From: an uncultured Neomegalonema sp. | GTDB lineage: Bacteria > Pseudomonadota > Alphaproteobacteria > Rhodobacterales > Rhodobacteraceae | Direction of reading: 5' to 3' | DNA: 64,000 nt | Assembly: GCA_937928005.1 (NCBI GenBank) | Contig: CALFVD010000055.1 | Coordinates: 3,516-67,515 of the forward strand | Shown here: in pieces, positions 10,501-19,251 of the stretch | How positions within the stretch are numbered: position 1 is the stretch's first letter | Layout of the letters: each line of letters starts with the position of its first letter | Position numbers and translations under genes: made by a program | The notes under the pieces: model-generated | The model's database searches: none | Seen by the model: only the letters and a program-made list of their open reading frames with translations | Told to the model about the DNA's origin: nothing

Positions 10501-11042
10501 TCGATGAATTCGTGGATAGAAGACGGGTAGAGGACGGGAATGACCGAGGCGGACAGGAAATGCTCGGATTGATGCGGCACGGTCGAGGATTTAGCCGCGT
10601 GGTCATCGCCCGCGAGGCATAGGACACCGCCATTTTTGGAGGTTCCGGCGGCGTTGGCATGCTGAAACACATCGCCAGAGCGGGCGATGCCCGGACCCTT
10701 GCCGTACCAGATGCCGAGCACGCCGTCATGGCGCGAGCCGGGTGACATGGTGGCCTGCTGGCTGCCCCATACGGCAGTTGCGGCGAGGTCTTCGTTCACG
10801 CCGGGCTGGAAGACGATACCCGCTGCGTCGAGGCGCTTTTTCTGGCGCACCAATTCCTGATCGTAGCCGCCCAAGGGCGAGCCGCGATAACCGGAGATGA
10901 AGCCAGCAGTGTTAAGCCCCGCCGCCCGGTCGCGCCGCATCTGAACCATCGGCAGGCGGGTCAGCGCGTGCAAGCCGTTCATGAAGACACGGCCTGAGGT
11001 CAACTCGTATCGGTCGTTCAGTGAAACGGCGCGGGCATCCAT
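7596..11042 (-). CDS. Indolepyruvate/2-oxoacid ferredoxin oxidoreductase, fused alpha-beta type
   Basis: 1148 aa. N-terminal MNGLHALTRLPMVQMRRDRAAGLNTAGFISGYRGSPLG, a TPP-binding region, and a ferredoxin-like CEGCGDCSVQSNC cluster motif. Confidence 0.9.
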   Translation of the reverse strand: MDARAVSLNDRYELTSGRVFMNGLHALTRLPMVQMRRDRAAGLNTAGFISGYRGSPLGGYDQELVRQKKRLDAAGIVFQPGVNEDLAATAVWGSQQATMSPGSRHDGVLGIWYGKGPGIARSGDVFQHANAAGTSKNGGVLCLAGDDHAAKSSTVPHQSEHFLSASVIPVLYPSSIHEFIEMGLLGIAMSRYSGCWVGMKVIADTVETTATVDLTGEDRVFTVPDDFEMPADGLNIRWPDDRWEQDHRLQHHKGYAAIAFGRANNVDRIVIDSPHARFGIIASGKAYEDAREALRQLGVTEDEAARIGLRVYKVGMPWPLEPEGVRRFAEGLEEVLVIEERREMIEFEIKKQLFNWRADVRPRIIGKFDHNDQPNLPLDVELTTGAVARAIGLRLLELDLDEQVATRIRDKVAWFKTRADIRKAHTPPVLRKPYFCAGCPHNTSTNVPEGSRVGAGIGCHFMVTWMDRNDAGFSQMGGEGAQWQGTAHFTDEKHQFINLGDGTYFHSGLLAIRQGVASGVNLTYKILYNDAVAMTGGQPIDGSLTPQQITHQLAAEGVGRTVLVTDAPEAYTPGELAKGVEIRHRDDLDTVMRELREVPGCTAILFVQTCAAEKRRRRKRGTFPDPDRRVIINPSVCEGCGDCSVQSNCIAVEPLETAMGRKRRINQSSCNKDFSCVKGFCPSFVTVSGAALKASAATTIDPTTIPDPRASVTDLACPWNIAITGVGGTGVLTIGAVLGMAAHLEGKASMILDMAGLAQKGGAVFSYVRIGNDPDDVTSPRIVSGGTDLLFAADAVVAASTDGVVLCEANCTRAVVNTHLTSVADFIKDRDLDFRNELTIATIRKTTSEDSAFLDFTALAEAACGDAIMTNIMMLGYACQIGALPVAMPSLLHAIEMNGVAVEANIAAFHWGRKLATDPKAATALLKNEAADTPPQTLDALIEHRAAHLTGYQNTRLAKRYRKRVARVRAWDEDAAFVVARNYAKLLSYKDEYEVARLFTDGRFAAQVAQTFEEGGDLTFHLAPPVFNSGTDAKGRPKKKEYGASMLRNFRLLAKLKRLRGTPLDVFGYTEERKSERALIKQYEADIDTALAGQPGPLATALLNLPDAIRGFGPVKAEAMKDAALRRTDILARMKGGAAPEAPRMAAE

Positions 11043-11181
11043 GGCGAGTCCTCCGGTGTGGCGATGTGCCTATACGGTAGGGCGCGATGGATGGCGGCGC
11101 AATAGGACATAATTGCTGTCGTAAAAATCATTTCGATCATCTGCATTGATACCGCATAGGGTATCGTGCTATCTGGTCCCG

Positions 11182-11457
11182 ATGGCGAAACTGCTTTCCA
11201 AGGTTCGAGGCAATCCGCGTGGCAACTGGACGATAGCGAATGTCCAGACATTGTGTGCGCAGGAAGGATTGATCTGTACCGCGCCAACCGGTGGAGGGTC
11301 GCACTGGAAAATATCGCATTCACTGGTGGGTGATATTCTTACAGTTCCAGCGCATCGCCCAATCAAACCCGTCTACATGCGCGCGCTGGTGAGAATGATC
11401 GACGCAGCACGGCTGGCAGAAGCAATCGAAGCGAAGAAGCGGAAAGACAAGAAATGA
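11182..11457 (+). CDS. hicA: HicA-family mRNA interferase toxin
   Basis: GGGSHWKISH...ILTVPAHRPIKPVYMRALVRMI matches the HicA GSH..P.H..IK core. ATG at 11182 (MAKLLSK). 4-nt ATGA overlap with the next gene. Confidence 0.75.
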   Translation: MAKLLSKVRGNPRGNWTIANVQTLCAQEGLICTAPTGGGSHWKISHSLVGDILTVPAHRPIKPVYMRALVRMIDAARLAEAIEAKKRKDKK

Positions 11458-11804
11458 ACGCGACGGCATACACGATTATCGTCGAACCACTTGCTGACGA
11501 GGATGGTGGCGGATTCGTCGCCACCGTGCCTGATCTTCCCGGATGCATGGGTGATGGCGAAACGCAGGATGCTGCGACGGCGGATGCCTTGGCGGCGATT
11601 CCCTCATGGATTGAGGAAGCCGCCCGCCTAGGGCGTCCCGTGCCGGTGCCTGGTTCCTCTCTTGGACAATGGCGACAGCGGGTGCCGCGTTCGCTTCACC
11701 AGAAGCTCAAGCTCACGGCGGATGCGGAGGGCGTATCGCTCAACCATCTCGTCGCCGTCGCACTCGCCGATTATGTCGCACGCCGGGATTCGGGCGCGGG
11801 CTGA
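11454..11804 (+). CDS. hicB: HicB-family antitoxin with C-terminal ribbon-helix-helix
   Basis: YTIIVEPLADEDGGGFVATVPDLPGCMGDGETQDAA (HicB RNase-H-like fold signature) plus RVPRSLHQKLKLTADAEGVSLNHLVAVALA (RHH DNA-binding tail). Confidence 0.8.
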   Translation: MNATAYTIIVEPLADEDGGGFVATVPDLPGCMGDGETQDAATADALAAIPSWIEEAARLGRPVPVPGSSLGQWRQRVPRSLHQKLKLTADAEGVSLNHLVAVALADYVARRDSGAG

Positions 11805-11806
11805 TC

Positions 11807-12790
11807 CTACAGCATCGCCGGAACGACCCGATCTGGCGGGGTGTGGCCGTCGGCGAAGGTTTTTATGTTGATGATGACCTTTTCGCCCGTCTCGATGCGG
11901 CTTTCGTGAGTGGCGGAGGACATGTGGGGCATCAGGACCACGTTCGGGGCGTCCTTCAAGCGGTCGGGGATATTGGGGCCGTGCTCGAAGACGTCTAGCC
12001 CTGCGCCGCCCAATTCACCCGCCGAGAGCATCCGGCCCAGCGCATTTTCGTCGATGATCTCGCCGCGCGCCGTGTTGACGATATAGGCGGACGGCTTCAT
12101 CAGCTTGAGCCGCCGGGCCGAAAGCAGATGGAAGGTGCCGGGGGTATGGGGGCAATGGACCGAGACGACATCCATGCGGGCGAGCATCTGGTCGAGGCTT
12201 TCCCAGTAGCGCGCCCCCAAGGCATCCTCGATCTGTGGATGGACGCGCTTGCGGTTGTGGTAATGCACCTCCAGCCCGAAGGCCGCCGCGCGCTTGGCGA
12301 CCGCCTGTCCGATGCGGCCCATGCCGATGATGCCGAGGCGCTTGCCCGCGATGCGGTGGCCAAGCATGGCCGTGGGTGCCCAACCCGTCCACTCACCGGA
12401 GCGCACGAGCTGCACGCCCTCCACCAGACGGCGGGGCACGGCGAGAATCAACGCCATCGTCATGTCGGCGGTATCTTCGGTCAGCACGCCGGGGGTGTTG
12501 GAGACGAGAATCCCGCGCCGCCGGGCCGTCTCGACGTCGATATGATCGACCCCTGCCCCGAAATTAGCAATCAGGCGCAGGTTCTCGCCCGCCCGCGCCA
12601 GAACATTGGCGTTGATCTGGTCGCCGAGGGTAGGCACAAGGACATCGGCGCGCGAAACCGCATCGGCAAGCTGTGCGCTCGTGAAGGGTTTGTCCGTATC
12701 GGCGAGCTCCACGTCGAACAGTTCGGATAAGCGTGCCTCGACGGCGTCGGGCAGTTTACGGGTGACGATGACTTTCGTGCGGGCGGGCAT
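11807..12790 (-). CDS. D-isomer-specific 2-hydroxyacid dehydrogenase (glyoxylate/hydroxypyruvate reductase-like)
   Basis: NAD-binding GKRLGIIGMGRIGQAVAKRA, and catalytic-region motifs VNTARG and PHMSSAT. Confidence 0.9.
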   Translation of the reverse strand: MPARTKVIVTRKLPDAVEARLSELFDVELADTDKPFTSAQLADAVSRADVLVPTLGDQINANVLARAGENLRLIANFGAGVDHIDVETARRRGILVSNTPGVLTEDTADMTMALILAVPRRLVEGVQLVRSGEWTGWAPTAMLGHRIAGKRLGIIGMGRIGQAVAKRAAAFGLEVHYHNRKRVHPQIEDALGARYWESLDQMLARMDVVSVHCPHTPGTFHLLSARRLKLMKPSAYIVNTARGEIIDENALGRMLSAGELGGAGLDVFEHGPNIPDRLKDAPNVVLMPHMSSATHESRIETGEKVIINIKTFADGHTPPDRVVPAML

Positions 12791-12796
12791 GGGCTA

Positions 12797-13375
12797 TTGT
12801 CCTATAGCGAGTCGGTCCATGCGCTGGATAACAGGCACGGGCGAGCGGCGAAACCGGGTAGGGACGACATAATCTTGCGAAACGGCATTATTTTTGGTTT
12901 TTTTGCTGCGCTTCTGGTCGCAGGGCCGGGGGTCGCCCAGACGGTAGGGCCGGAAACGGGCAAACCGATCCCGCGTTATGAGACTTTGCGGTTCGATACC
13001 GTGCGGATGCGCAAGGGACCGGGGCGCAGCTATCCCATCGCATGGCTGTTCAAGCGGCAAGGATTGCCGGTGCAGGTGTTCCGCGAATATCAGGATTGGC
13101 GACAGGTGCGCGATCCCTATGGCGATATCGGCTGGATCAAGCGCACGCAATTGAGTAGCGCGCGATACGGGCTGGTGCGCGAGGACCGTGCGCCGCTGTA
13201 CCGCAAGGCGGAGGATGACGCGGTGATCGCGGTCCGGGCGGAGGCCGGGGTGGTGCTGCGCCTGTCGGAATGTAGCACCAACTGGTGCTACGGCTCGGCC
13301 AAGGGCTATGGCGGCTGGGTCCGCAAGGAGGCGCTATGGGGCGTCGCGCCGGAGGAGAAGTTTAAGGGGGATTAA
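12797..13375 (+). CDS. SH3b-domain protein (DUF1058/COG3807-like), exported
   Basis: PRYETLRFDTVRMRKGPGRSYPIAWLFKRQGLPVQVFREYQDWRQVRDPYGDIGWI is a bacterial SH3-like repeat. The track start is a TTG. A TTG at 12875 (MRNGIIFGFFAALLVAGPGVAQ signal peptide) is a plausible alternative. Confidence 0.7.
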   Translation: MSYSESVHALDNRHGRAAKPGRDDIILRNGIIFGFFAALLVAGPGVAQTVGPETGKPIPRYETLRFDTVRMRKGPGRSYPIAWLFKRQGLPVQVFREYQDWRQVRDPYGDIGWIKRTQLSSARYGLVREDRAPLYRKAEDDAVIAVRAEAGVVLRLSECSTNWCYGSAKGYGGWVRKEALWGVAPEEKFKGD

Positions 13376-13492
13376 CAGACAGGGTTCACCTTTCCGATAC
13401 CAGTTGACCGCTTCCAAGAAAGACGCGCTTCTGCATGATCAGGCAGCGATGCTTGTCGATCTTCAGAAGCAGATTGCAGAGTTGGACCCCCC

Positions 13493-15124
13493 TCAATACC
13501 CCAGCGCACACCCGTCCTTGCGCGGGTCTGATCCACCGATGAGGCACCCCGTCTCTGCATCCAGCAAGATCACCTGCCCGCCGCCAATCGGGCCTTCGGC
13601 AATCCGCGCGTCGTGGCCCAGCGAAGCGAGGAGGTTCAGGGTTGATTGCGAATACCCGCGTTCGACTTCCAGCACGCCTTTGTCGAAGAAGCTGCGCGGG
13701 GCGTCCATCGCCTCCTGCGGGTCCATGCCATAATCCACGAGGTTCGAGATCAGCCTTGCGTGCCCATTCGACTGGTACGACCCGCCCATCACGCCGAAGG
13801 TGCCGACCGGCTTGCCGTCCTTGGCGAACATGCCCGGAATGATCGTGTGCATGGGCCGCCTGCCACCCTGCAACTCGTTCGGATGCCCGTCCTCCAGCGA
13901 GAACGCCGCCCCCCGGCACTGGAAATTGATGCCGTAGCGGTCGGAGGCGATGCGCGAGCCGAAGGCATGAAAGATCGAGTAGATCAGCGACACCATCGTC
14001 CGGTCCTTATCGACCACAGTGATGTAGATCGTATCCTTATGCGGCGCGCCCCCGGTCCCGACAGCCGGACCCATTGCGTGCAATTCCGCCACATCATCCA
14101 GCAGATCAGCCCGCGCGCGCATCGGGTCAATCCGGTCGCGTAGCGCGTTGACCGTCTCGTCAGACAACATATGCGCCAGCCGCTCGGCGGCCCCCGGCGC
14201 ATCCGCATCGCCGATCAATCGGTTGCGCGCGTCATAGGCCAGCCGCGCCGCTTCGGCCTCGATATGCGCGCGCTCTGGCCCGTGGGGGTCGACCTCGTCG
14301 AACTCAAACCCTTCCAAAATCTTCGCCATCAGGATCGCGCAGGCACCCTGACCATTGGGTGGTAGCTCGATCATCTCCATCCCGCGATAGGTGCCGCTGA
14401 TCGGCTCGACCCATGTGGATTTCGTCGCCGCGAAATCGGCCAGCGTATGCCGCCCGCCCAGTGCATTCAGCGACGCCACCATATCCTCGGCAACCGCCCC
14501 TTCGTAGAAACCCGCGCGCCCCTCCCGCGCGATGATCTCCATCGCCTCGGCCTGTGCTGGATAGGCAAACATCTCGCCGGTCTTCGGCGCGCGTGTGGCA
14601 TCCGCCAGAAAATACCGCGCCATCGCCCCTGACAGCGCGCCCTCGTCCTTCGCCCAGTCCCACGCCACACGCGGCGCTACCGGATGCCCCTCGCGCGCAA
14701 TCGCAATCGCCGGAGCCATCGCCCGGTCCCATCCGTAAGTGCCATACTCACTCAGCAGCATATCGAACGCATCGATAGCCCCCGGCACCGTGACCGCATG
14801 GGCACTATGCACGTCGATCTCCGTCAGACCTTGCTGGCGTAGCAGGCCCGCATCCAGCGCAGCGGGCGCACGCCCTGACCCGTTCAGCCCCCGTGGCCGA
14901 TCCTCCCCGTCCCGCCAGATCAGCGCGAAAGCATCCCCGCCGATCCCCGTCATTGCCGGTTCCAGCAATCCCATGGTCAGCGCGGCGGTCACGGCGGCAT
15001 CCACCGCATTTCCCCCTGCGCGCAGCACACCCACCGCGCATTCAGCGGCCAGAGGATGCGAGGTGGCGCACATGCCGTTCTTCGCATGGACAGTGGAACG
15101 ACCAGGAAGCTGAAAATCACGCAT
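13493..15124 (-). CDS. ggt: Gamma-glutamyltransferase
   Basis: Start taken at MRDFQLPGRSTVHAKNGMCATSHPLA. Autoprocessing/nucleophile region HKDTIYITVVDKDRTMVSLIYSIF, and C-terminal GGSDPRKDGCALGY. Confidence 0.9.
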   Translation of the reverse strand: MRDFQLPGRSTVHAKNGMCATSHPLAAECAVGVLRAGGNAVDAAVTAALTMGLLEPAMTGIGGDAFALIWRDGEDRPRGLNGSGRAPAALDAGLLRQQGLTEIDVHSAHAVTVPGAIDAFDMLLSEYGTYGWDRAMAPAIAIAREGHPVAPRVAWDWAKDEGALSGAMARYFLADATRAPKTGEMFAYPAQAEAMEIIAREGRAGFYEGAVAEDMVASLNALGGRHTLADFAATKSTWVEPISGTYRGMEMIELPPNGQGACAILMAKILEGFEFDEVDPHGPERAHIEAEAARLAYDARNRLIGDADAPGAAERLAHMLSDETVNALRDRIDPMRARADLLDDVAELHAMGPAVGTGGAPHKDTIYITVVDKDRTMVSLIYSIFHAFGSRIASDRYGINFQCRGAAFSLEDGHPNELQGGRRPMHTIIPGMFAKDGKPVGTFGVMGGSYQSNGHARLISNLVDYGMDPQEAMDAPRSFFDKGVLEVERGYSQSTLNLLASLGHDARIAEGPIGGGQVILLDAETGCLIGGSDPRKDGCALGY

Positions 15125-15189
15125 GGGAATGGGCCTCAGGGTTGTAGAGAAAGGATCACCCCGCCATGCCACAAACACCCACCCCCTGA

Positions 15190-15357
15190 CAACGCTGGTC
15201 GACCATCACGCCCCCCATCTGCGGAGCCGTGTTCATCGCCGCCGGGATGATCAGTGATGACTGGCGAAAAGCCGCCCTGACCGCCATGGCCCTCGGAATC
15301 GGCCTCTACCTCATCCCCCTCGCCATGATCGCCAACCCCGTCCTCATCGCCGTAGCG
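15190..15357 (+). pseudogene. Fragment of a TRAP-transporter fused permease (about 55 codons only)
   Basis: Frame reads ...GAVFIAAGMISDDWRKAALTAMALGIGLYLIPLAMIANPVLIAV, resembling the C-terminal part of 4TM/12TM TRAP permeases. It has no N-terminal body and abuts the IS remnants. Confidence 0.4.
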
Positions 15358-15433
15358 GAGACGCCGGTGCGGGGCGTTGATTTCCTCGTATCTGTCGGGG
15401 CTGATGTACCCCAGCACTGAGTGCAGGGTAAAG

Positions 15434-15616
15434 GCATGGAGGCGCATCGCATCCCTCATCGAAACCGCCAAGATCAACCGCGTCGAGCCCTTCGCCTATA
15501 TCAAGGCAACCCTCGAAGCCATTGCAAGCGGCCACCCACAAAGCCACATAGACAAAGCCAACGGCGGTGCGCAGCCCCTCAACCCGGCTCACAAGCTCTC
15601 TGCACGGCTGAACTGA
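15434..15616 (+). mobile_element. IS66-family transposase C-terminal remnant
   Basis: AWRRIASLIETAKINRVEPFAYIKATLEAIASGHPQSHID matches the conserved IS66 TnpC C-terminus. The rest of the transposase is absent. Confidence 0.6.
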
Positions 15617-15753
15617 TTATGCAGCAAGGCGATCAGATGCTGGCGTGGTGTGAGCCTGCGCAATTTCGTTCCGTGCTCGCGGCTCAACGCCTCAAAGTGG
15701 TCCATCGGAACGTGTTTGAGAAGTCCGTTCAAAACGGTATCGTGAGCACGCAT
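15589..15753 (-). mobile_element. IS4/IS5-type (DUF4372 N-terminal domain) transposase remnant
   Basis: MRAHDTVLNGLLKHVPMDHFEALSREHGTKLRRLTPRQHLIALLHNQFS resembles the DUF4372 N-terminus of IS4-family transposases. It is truncated after about 55 aa and overlaps the IS66 remnant. Confidence 0.55.
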
Positions 15754-15957
15754 GGCATTGGCCTTTTCGTGTCCCAAAATGCTTCCAACATTCTGAAAAC
15801 CATTAGAAGCAATGCTATGCACTATCGCAACAAATTTCCTATCGGACACTCGTGGAACAAGTCCAAGGTCGACAGTTTCGGCGGCGGGCATCATAGCGGA
15901 TGACAACCGGGGTGTGGGGCGGCATGGTGCGGGTGTATTGCGTTCGGGGAGGGGCGT

Positions 15958-16290
15958 GTGGGGGATATTCTTGGGGCAGTGGTGGATTTCGCCAAACAGG
16001 TGGCGGAGGTGGAGGTCTCTGGCACACAGGTTACGGCGCTGATGGCCATTGCGCTGCTTATCGGCCCGCCCTTATTGAGCTATCTGCTCAGATATCCGGG
16101 AGCAAGCCTGTTCATGGCTTTATCTGCTGCGGCGGCATCCGTCGCCTGTGGCTATGAAAGCGATACTCACAGATGGTACGCGATCCTTGCTATCCCAGTA
16201 TTCGTGCTTGTCGCGCTTCCTCTCAATCACGCGCTTGAATGGCTGTTATGTAAGTTTGGCAATACGCGATCAACACACCGAGGAGACTAA
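15958..16290 (+). CDS. Small membrane protein, unknown function
   Basis: 110-aa ORF with three hydrophobic segments, located next to the IS remnants. No recognisable motif. Confidence 0.35.
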   Translation: MGDILGAVVDFAKQVAEVEVSGTQVTALMAIALLIGPPLLSYLLRYPGASLFMALSAAAASVACGYESDTHRWYAILAIPVFVLVALPLNHALEWLLCKFGNTRSTHRGD

Positions 16291-16355
16291 CGCGCTTTGG
16301 GGGCGGTATTCCCGATGGAGAGAGATACCCGCCTACGCGGGCATAACAGTATTCA

Positions 16356-17027
16356 TTACCCGCCCAATACCTCGCCGCCCGCGAGTTTGGTGAAGATATC
16401 GCGCCATGTCGATGTCTCCTGCGCGCCCATTAGGGCGTAGGTTTCGCCCAAGATAAAGCACGGTACGCCGGTAACGCCCATCTGGCGGGACAGCGCGTCT
16501 TCGTTGGTCAGGAGGGCGCGGTCGGCATCCTCGGCATAGAGGCGGCGGAGCAGGTCTTCCTCCATGCCATTGGCCACGCCAATTTCGATCAGCGCATCAC
16601 GGTCGCCGATATCGACGCCATTCACGAAATAGGCGGTAAAGACAGCGTCTACCACGGCATCCTGCGCGCCGGTCGTGCGCGCCCAACGGATCAGGCGATG
16701 GGCGTCGAGGGTGTTTGGGGTGCGCTTGACCTTCGAGAAATCAACGGGCAGGCCCGCATCCACCACCGCCGCCTCGATACGGCCATAGACCTGTCGCGCG
16801 CCATCGGGACCGCCGAATTTACGCTCCAGATAGGCGGTACGATCCATGCCACCCTCTGGCATGTCGGGGTTGAGCTGAAACACGCGCCACGTAATATCGA
16901 GCGGTAGATCGGGGGCTTCGGCGCGCGCGGCGTCGAATTTGGCCTTGCCGATATAGCACCACGGGCAAATCGGGTCGGAGAGGATGTCGAGGGTCTGAAC
17001 GGCGTTTTCCATAGGTCGATGGAGCAT
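16356..17027 (-). CDS. DsbA-family oxidoreductase (FrnE/2-hydroxychromene-2-carboxylate isomerase-like)
   Basis: Thioredoxin-fold active site ILSDPICPWCYIGK near the N-terminus. An alternative ATG lies at 17012. Confidence 0.85.
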   Translation of the reverse strand: MLHRPMENAVQTLDILSDPICPWCYIGKAKFDAARAEAPDLPLDITWRVFQLNPDMPEGGMDRTAYLERKFGGPDGARQVYGRIEAAVVDAGLPVDFSKVKRTPNTLDAHRLIRWARTTGAQDAVVDAVFTAYFVNGVDIGDRDALIEIGVANGMEEDLLRRLYAEDADRALLTNEDALSRQMGVTGVPCFILGETYALMGAQETSTWRDIFTKLAGGEVLGG

Positions 17028-17048
17028 TGCGGACAGGGGCGCGTCAAG

Positions 17049-18227
17049 TCATTCCGCCGCGACGGCCACGGGTGAGGGGATATGGCCATCGCGAGTCTGT
17101 GGCACACGAATGGCGAGCCGATGACCGGCGACTTGAGTGCGCAACACCTGCGCCGTGCCACCGCCGATGGTGAACATGCGCACATCGCGGACCATACGCT
17201 CCAACGGTTCGGCATCGGAATACCCGCGCGCACCAAACATCTGAAGCGCGTCGTTCACGACCTTCACGGCCATTTCAGAGGCGAAAAGCTTGGCACGGGC
17301 GGCGAGATTGCGGTCGGGAAAGCCACCCTCGCCGGAACGCGCAGCCTCGTGCAGCATCAGGCGGGCGGCGTGAACCTGTGTATCCATATCGGCGAGCATC
17401 CATTGCAACCCTTGGAACTCGGCGATAGGGCGACCGAATTGTTCACGCTGATTGAGATAGGCGGTGGCGCGATCAAGGGCACCGGCGGCAACACCCATGG
17501 CGATGGTGCCCGCGCCGACGCGCTGGGAATTATAGGCGCTCATCAGATCGGCAAATCCGCGCGGGGGTAGGAGGGCGCGGCTTGCGGGGATTTCAACATC
17601 CGTGAAGCGCAATTCAGCCTCCGGCATACCGCACAGACCCATCGTGCGCTCGCGGCGGATAACCTCAAAACCATCGGGGGCGGGGTCGGCGTGTAAGATG
17701 AACCCGCCAATGCCCTCATCGCGCCCGCCCTTGCCGATAACGCGGGCGAAGACGAGATGCAGTTTCGAGACACCGCCGCCCGTAATCCAATGCTTCGTGC
17801 CGTTGAGAATGTAACGATCACCATCGCGCTTCGCCGTGGTTTGCATGGCGGTGGCGTCACTGCCCGCACCCGGCTCGGAAATGCAAATGGCGGGCTTGTC
17901 ACCTTCGAGTACAAGCGCGGCGCAGAAGGCTTTTTGCTGCGGCGTGCCATAGGCCATCACGGCGCTGATTGCGCCCATATTGGACTCGACGAGGATGCGC
18001 GCCGATAACGCACATTCGCGGGCAACTTCTTCGACCGCCAGCACACAATCGAGCCATGATGCGCCCGCGCCGCCGAATTCACGCGGGATGGTCATGCCCA
18101 TCAAGCCCGCACCGACCAGATCATCAATATTCGGCCATGGATAACGGCGCGTACGGTCCCATTCGGGGGCCATGGCGGCAAAAGCGGGGGCAAGCGCGCG
18201 GGCGCGGGTTTGGTAGGAATTGTTCAT
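17049..18227 (-). CDS. Acyl-CoA dehydrogenase
   Basis: Start taken at MNNSYQTRARAL. Motifs ISEPGAGSDA, TKHWITGGG and QMFGARGYS fit the ACAD family. Confidence 0.9.
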   Translation of the reverse strand: MNNSYQTRARALAPAFAAMAPEWDRTRRYPWPNIDDLVGAGLMGMTIPREFGGAGASWLDCVLAVEEVARECALSARILVESNMGAISAVMAYGTPQQKAFCAALVLEGDKPAICISEPGAGSDATAMQTTAKRDGDRYILNGTKHWITGGGVSKLHLVFARVIGKGGRDEGIGGFILHADPAPDGFEVIRRERTMGLCGMPEAELRFTDVEIPASRALLPPRGFADLMSAYNSQRVGAGTIAMGVAAGALDRATAYLNQREQFGRPIAEFQGLQWMLADMDTQVHAARLMLHEAARSGEGGFPDRNLAARAKLFASEMAVKVVNDALQMFGARGYSDAEPLERMVRDVRMFTIGGGTAQVLRTQVAGHRLAIRVPQTRDGHIPSPVAVAAE

Positions 18228-18317
18228 GGCACCCTCTAAGTTTTGAGGAGCGTGGAATGGTTGCTTCTTCAATTCAATCGAATAAGATCGAATACCAAAT
18301 TCAAGAAAGATGCATTT

Positions 18318-19157
18318 ATGCAAACCCGCGCCCTACGCACCCTGACCCGGATCGCCACAATCGGCTCATTTGCCGAGAGCGCGGCACAGTTGAACATGAC
18401 GCTATCCGCTGTATCCATGCAGATGAAAGCACTGGAGGAGGAGCTGGGCGTTGCCCTCTTTGACCGCACATTCCGCCCCCCGCGCCTGACCCCCGCCGGG
18501 CGAGCGGTGGCGGCGCAAGCGGGGCGCATATTGGGGGAGGAAGAGGCGCTGTTGGATTTATGCGCGCCGACCGACCGGCTGGCGGGAGTGTATCGGCTGG
18601 GCTTTGTGATGACCGCCGGGGTGCGGCTGCTACCGGGGTTTTTACGCCGGGCTGGGGACGCCCTGCCGGAGGCGCGTTTTGCGTTCGAGACGGGGCTATC
18701 AGAAACACTGGAAGCGCGGGTGCTGGCCGGGGGGTTGGATGCGGCGGTGGTGACGGCGGGGGGCGCGGTGGACGGGCTGGCGCATCATGCGGTACGGCGG
18801 GAGCCGCTGGCCTTTGCGGCGCATCGGTCGCTGATGCGCGAAGGTCCGGGCGAGACGCTGGCGGCGCATCCATTCCTACAATTTCGACCCAGCACAGGCA
18901 TCGGCAAACGGATCGCAGGGTTGGTGCCGCAAACGGGGCCGCGCATCGTGCTCGACAGCGTTGAGACGATCATGGAATGCGTGCGCCAACAAATCGGCGT
19001 AACACTGTTGGCACAATCCGATATCGAGCGATATGCAGATGCGAAAACGGCGATTTTCAATGTGCCGGGGATCGAGGCGGTGCGCGAATTGGTACTGACC
19101 ACGCGCACGGGTGATCCCTTGACAGCCAAAGCGCATCTGTTGACGCGGCTATTTTAA
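18318..19157 (+). CDS. LysR-family transcriptional regulator (divergent from the acyl-CoA dehydrogenase gene)
   Basis: N-terminal wHTH LRTLTRIATIGSFAESAAQLNMTLSAVSMQMKALEEELGVALFDR. ATG at 18318. Confidence 0.9.
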   Translation: MQTRALRTLTRIATIGSFAESAAQLNMTLSAVSMQMKALEEELGVALFDRTFRPPRLTPAGRAVAAQAGRILGEEEALLDLCAPTDRLAGVYRLGFVMTAGVRLLPGFLRRAGDALPEARFAFETGLSETLEARVLAGGLDAAVVTAGGAVDGLAHHAVRREPLAFAAHRSLMREGPGETLAAHPFLQFRPSTGIGKRIAGLVPQTGPRIVLDSVETIMECVRQQIGVTLLAQSDIERYADAKTAIFNVPGIEAVRELVLTTRTGDPLTAKAHLLTRLF

Positions 19158-19159
19158 GG

Positions 19160-19189
19160 TTGACAAAATTATCTTTTTAGTCACTTTAT
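19160..19189 (+). promoter_or_regulatory. Candidate sigma-70-type promoter for dinB
   Basis: TTGACA-N18-CTTTAT in the AT-rich intergenic region, about 60 nt upstream of the dinB ATG. Confidence 0.3.
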
Positions 19190-19251
19190 GTTCCTGTTTT
19201 ATATTTAAGCTATCTCCTTCAACTCGCAGCCAATGTGCGTAGATTAGGGGG

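Noticed and set aside
19158-19251. LexA/SOS box upstream of dinB
   Set aside because: There is a single GTTC with no second GTTC 7 nt away, no GAAC-N7-GAAC, and no CTGT-N8-ACAG.
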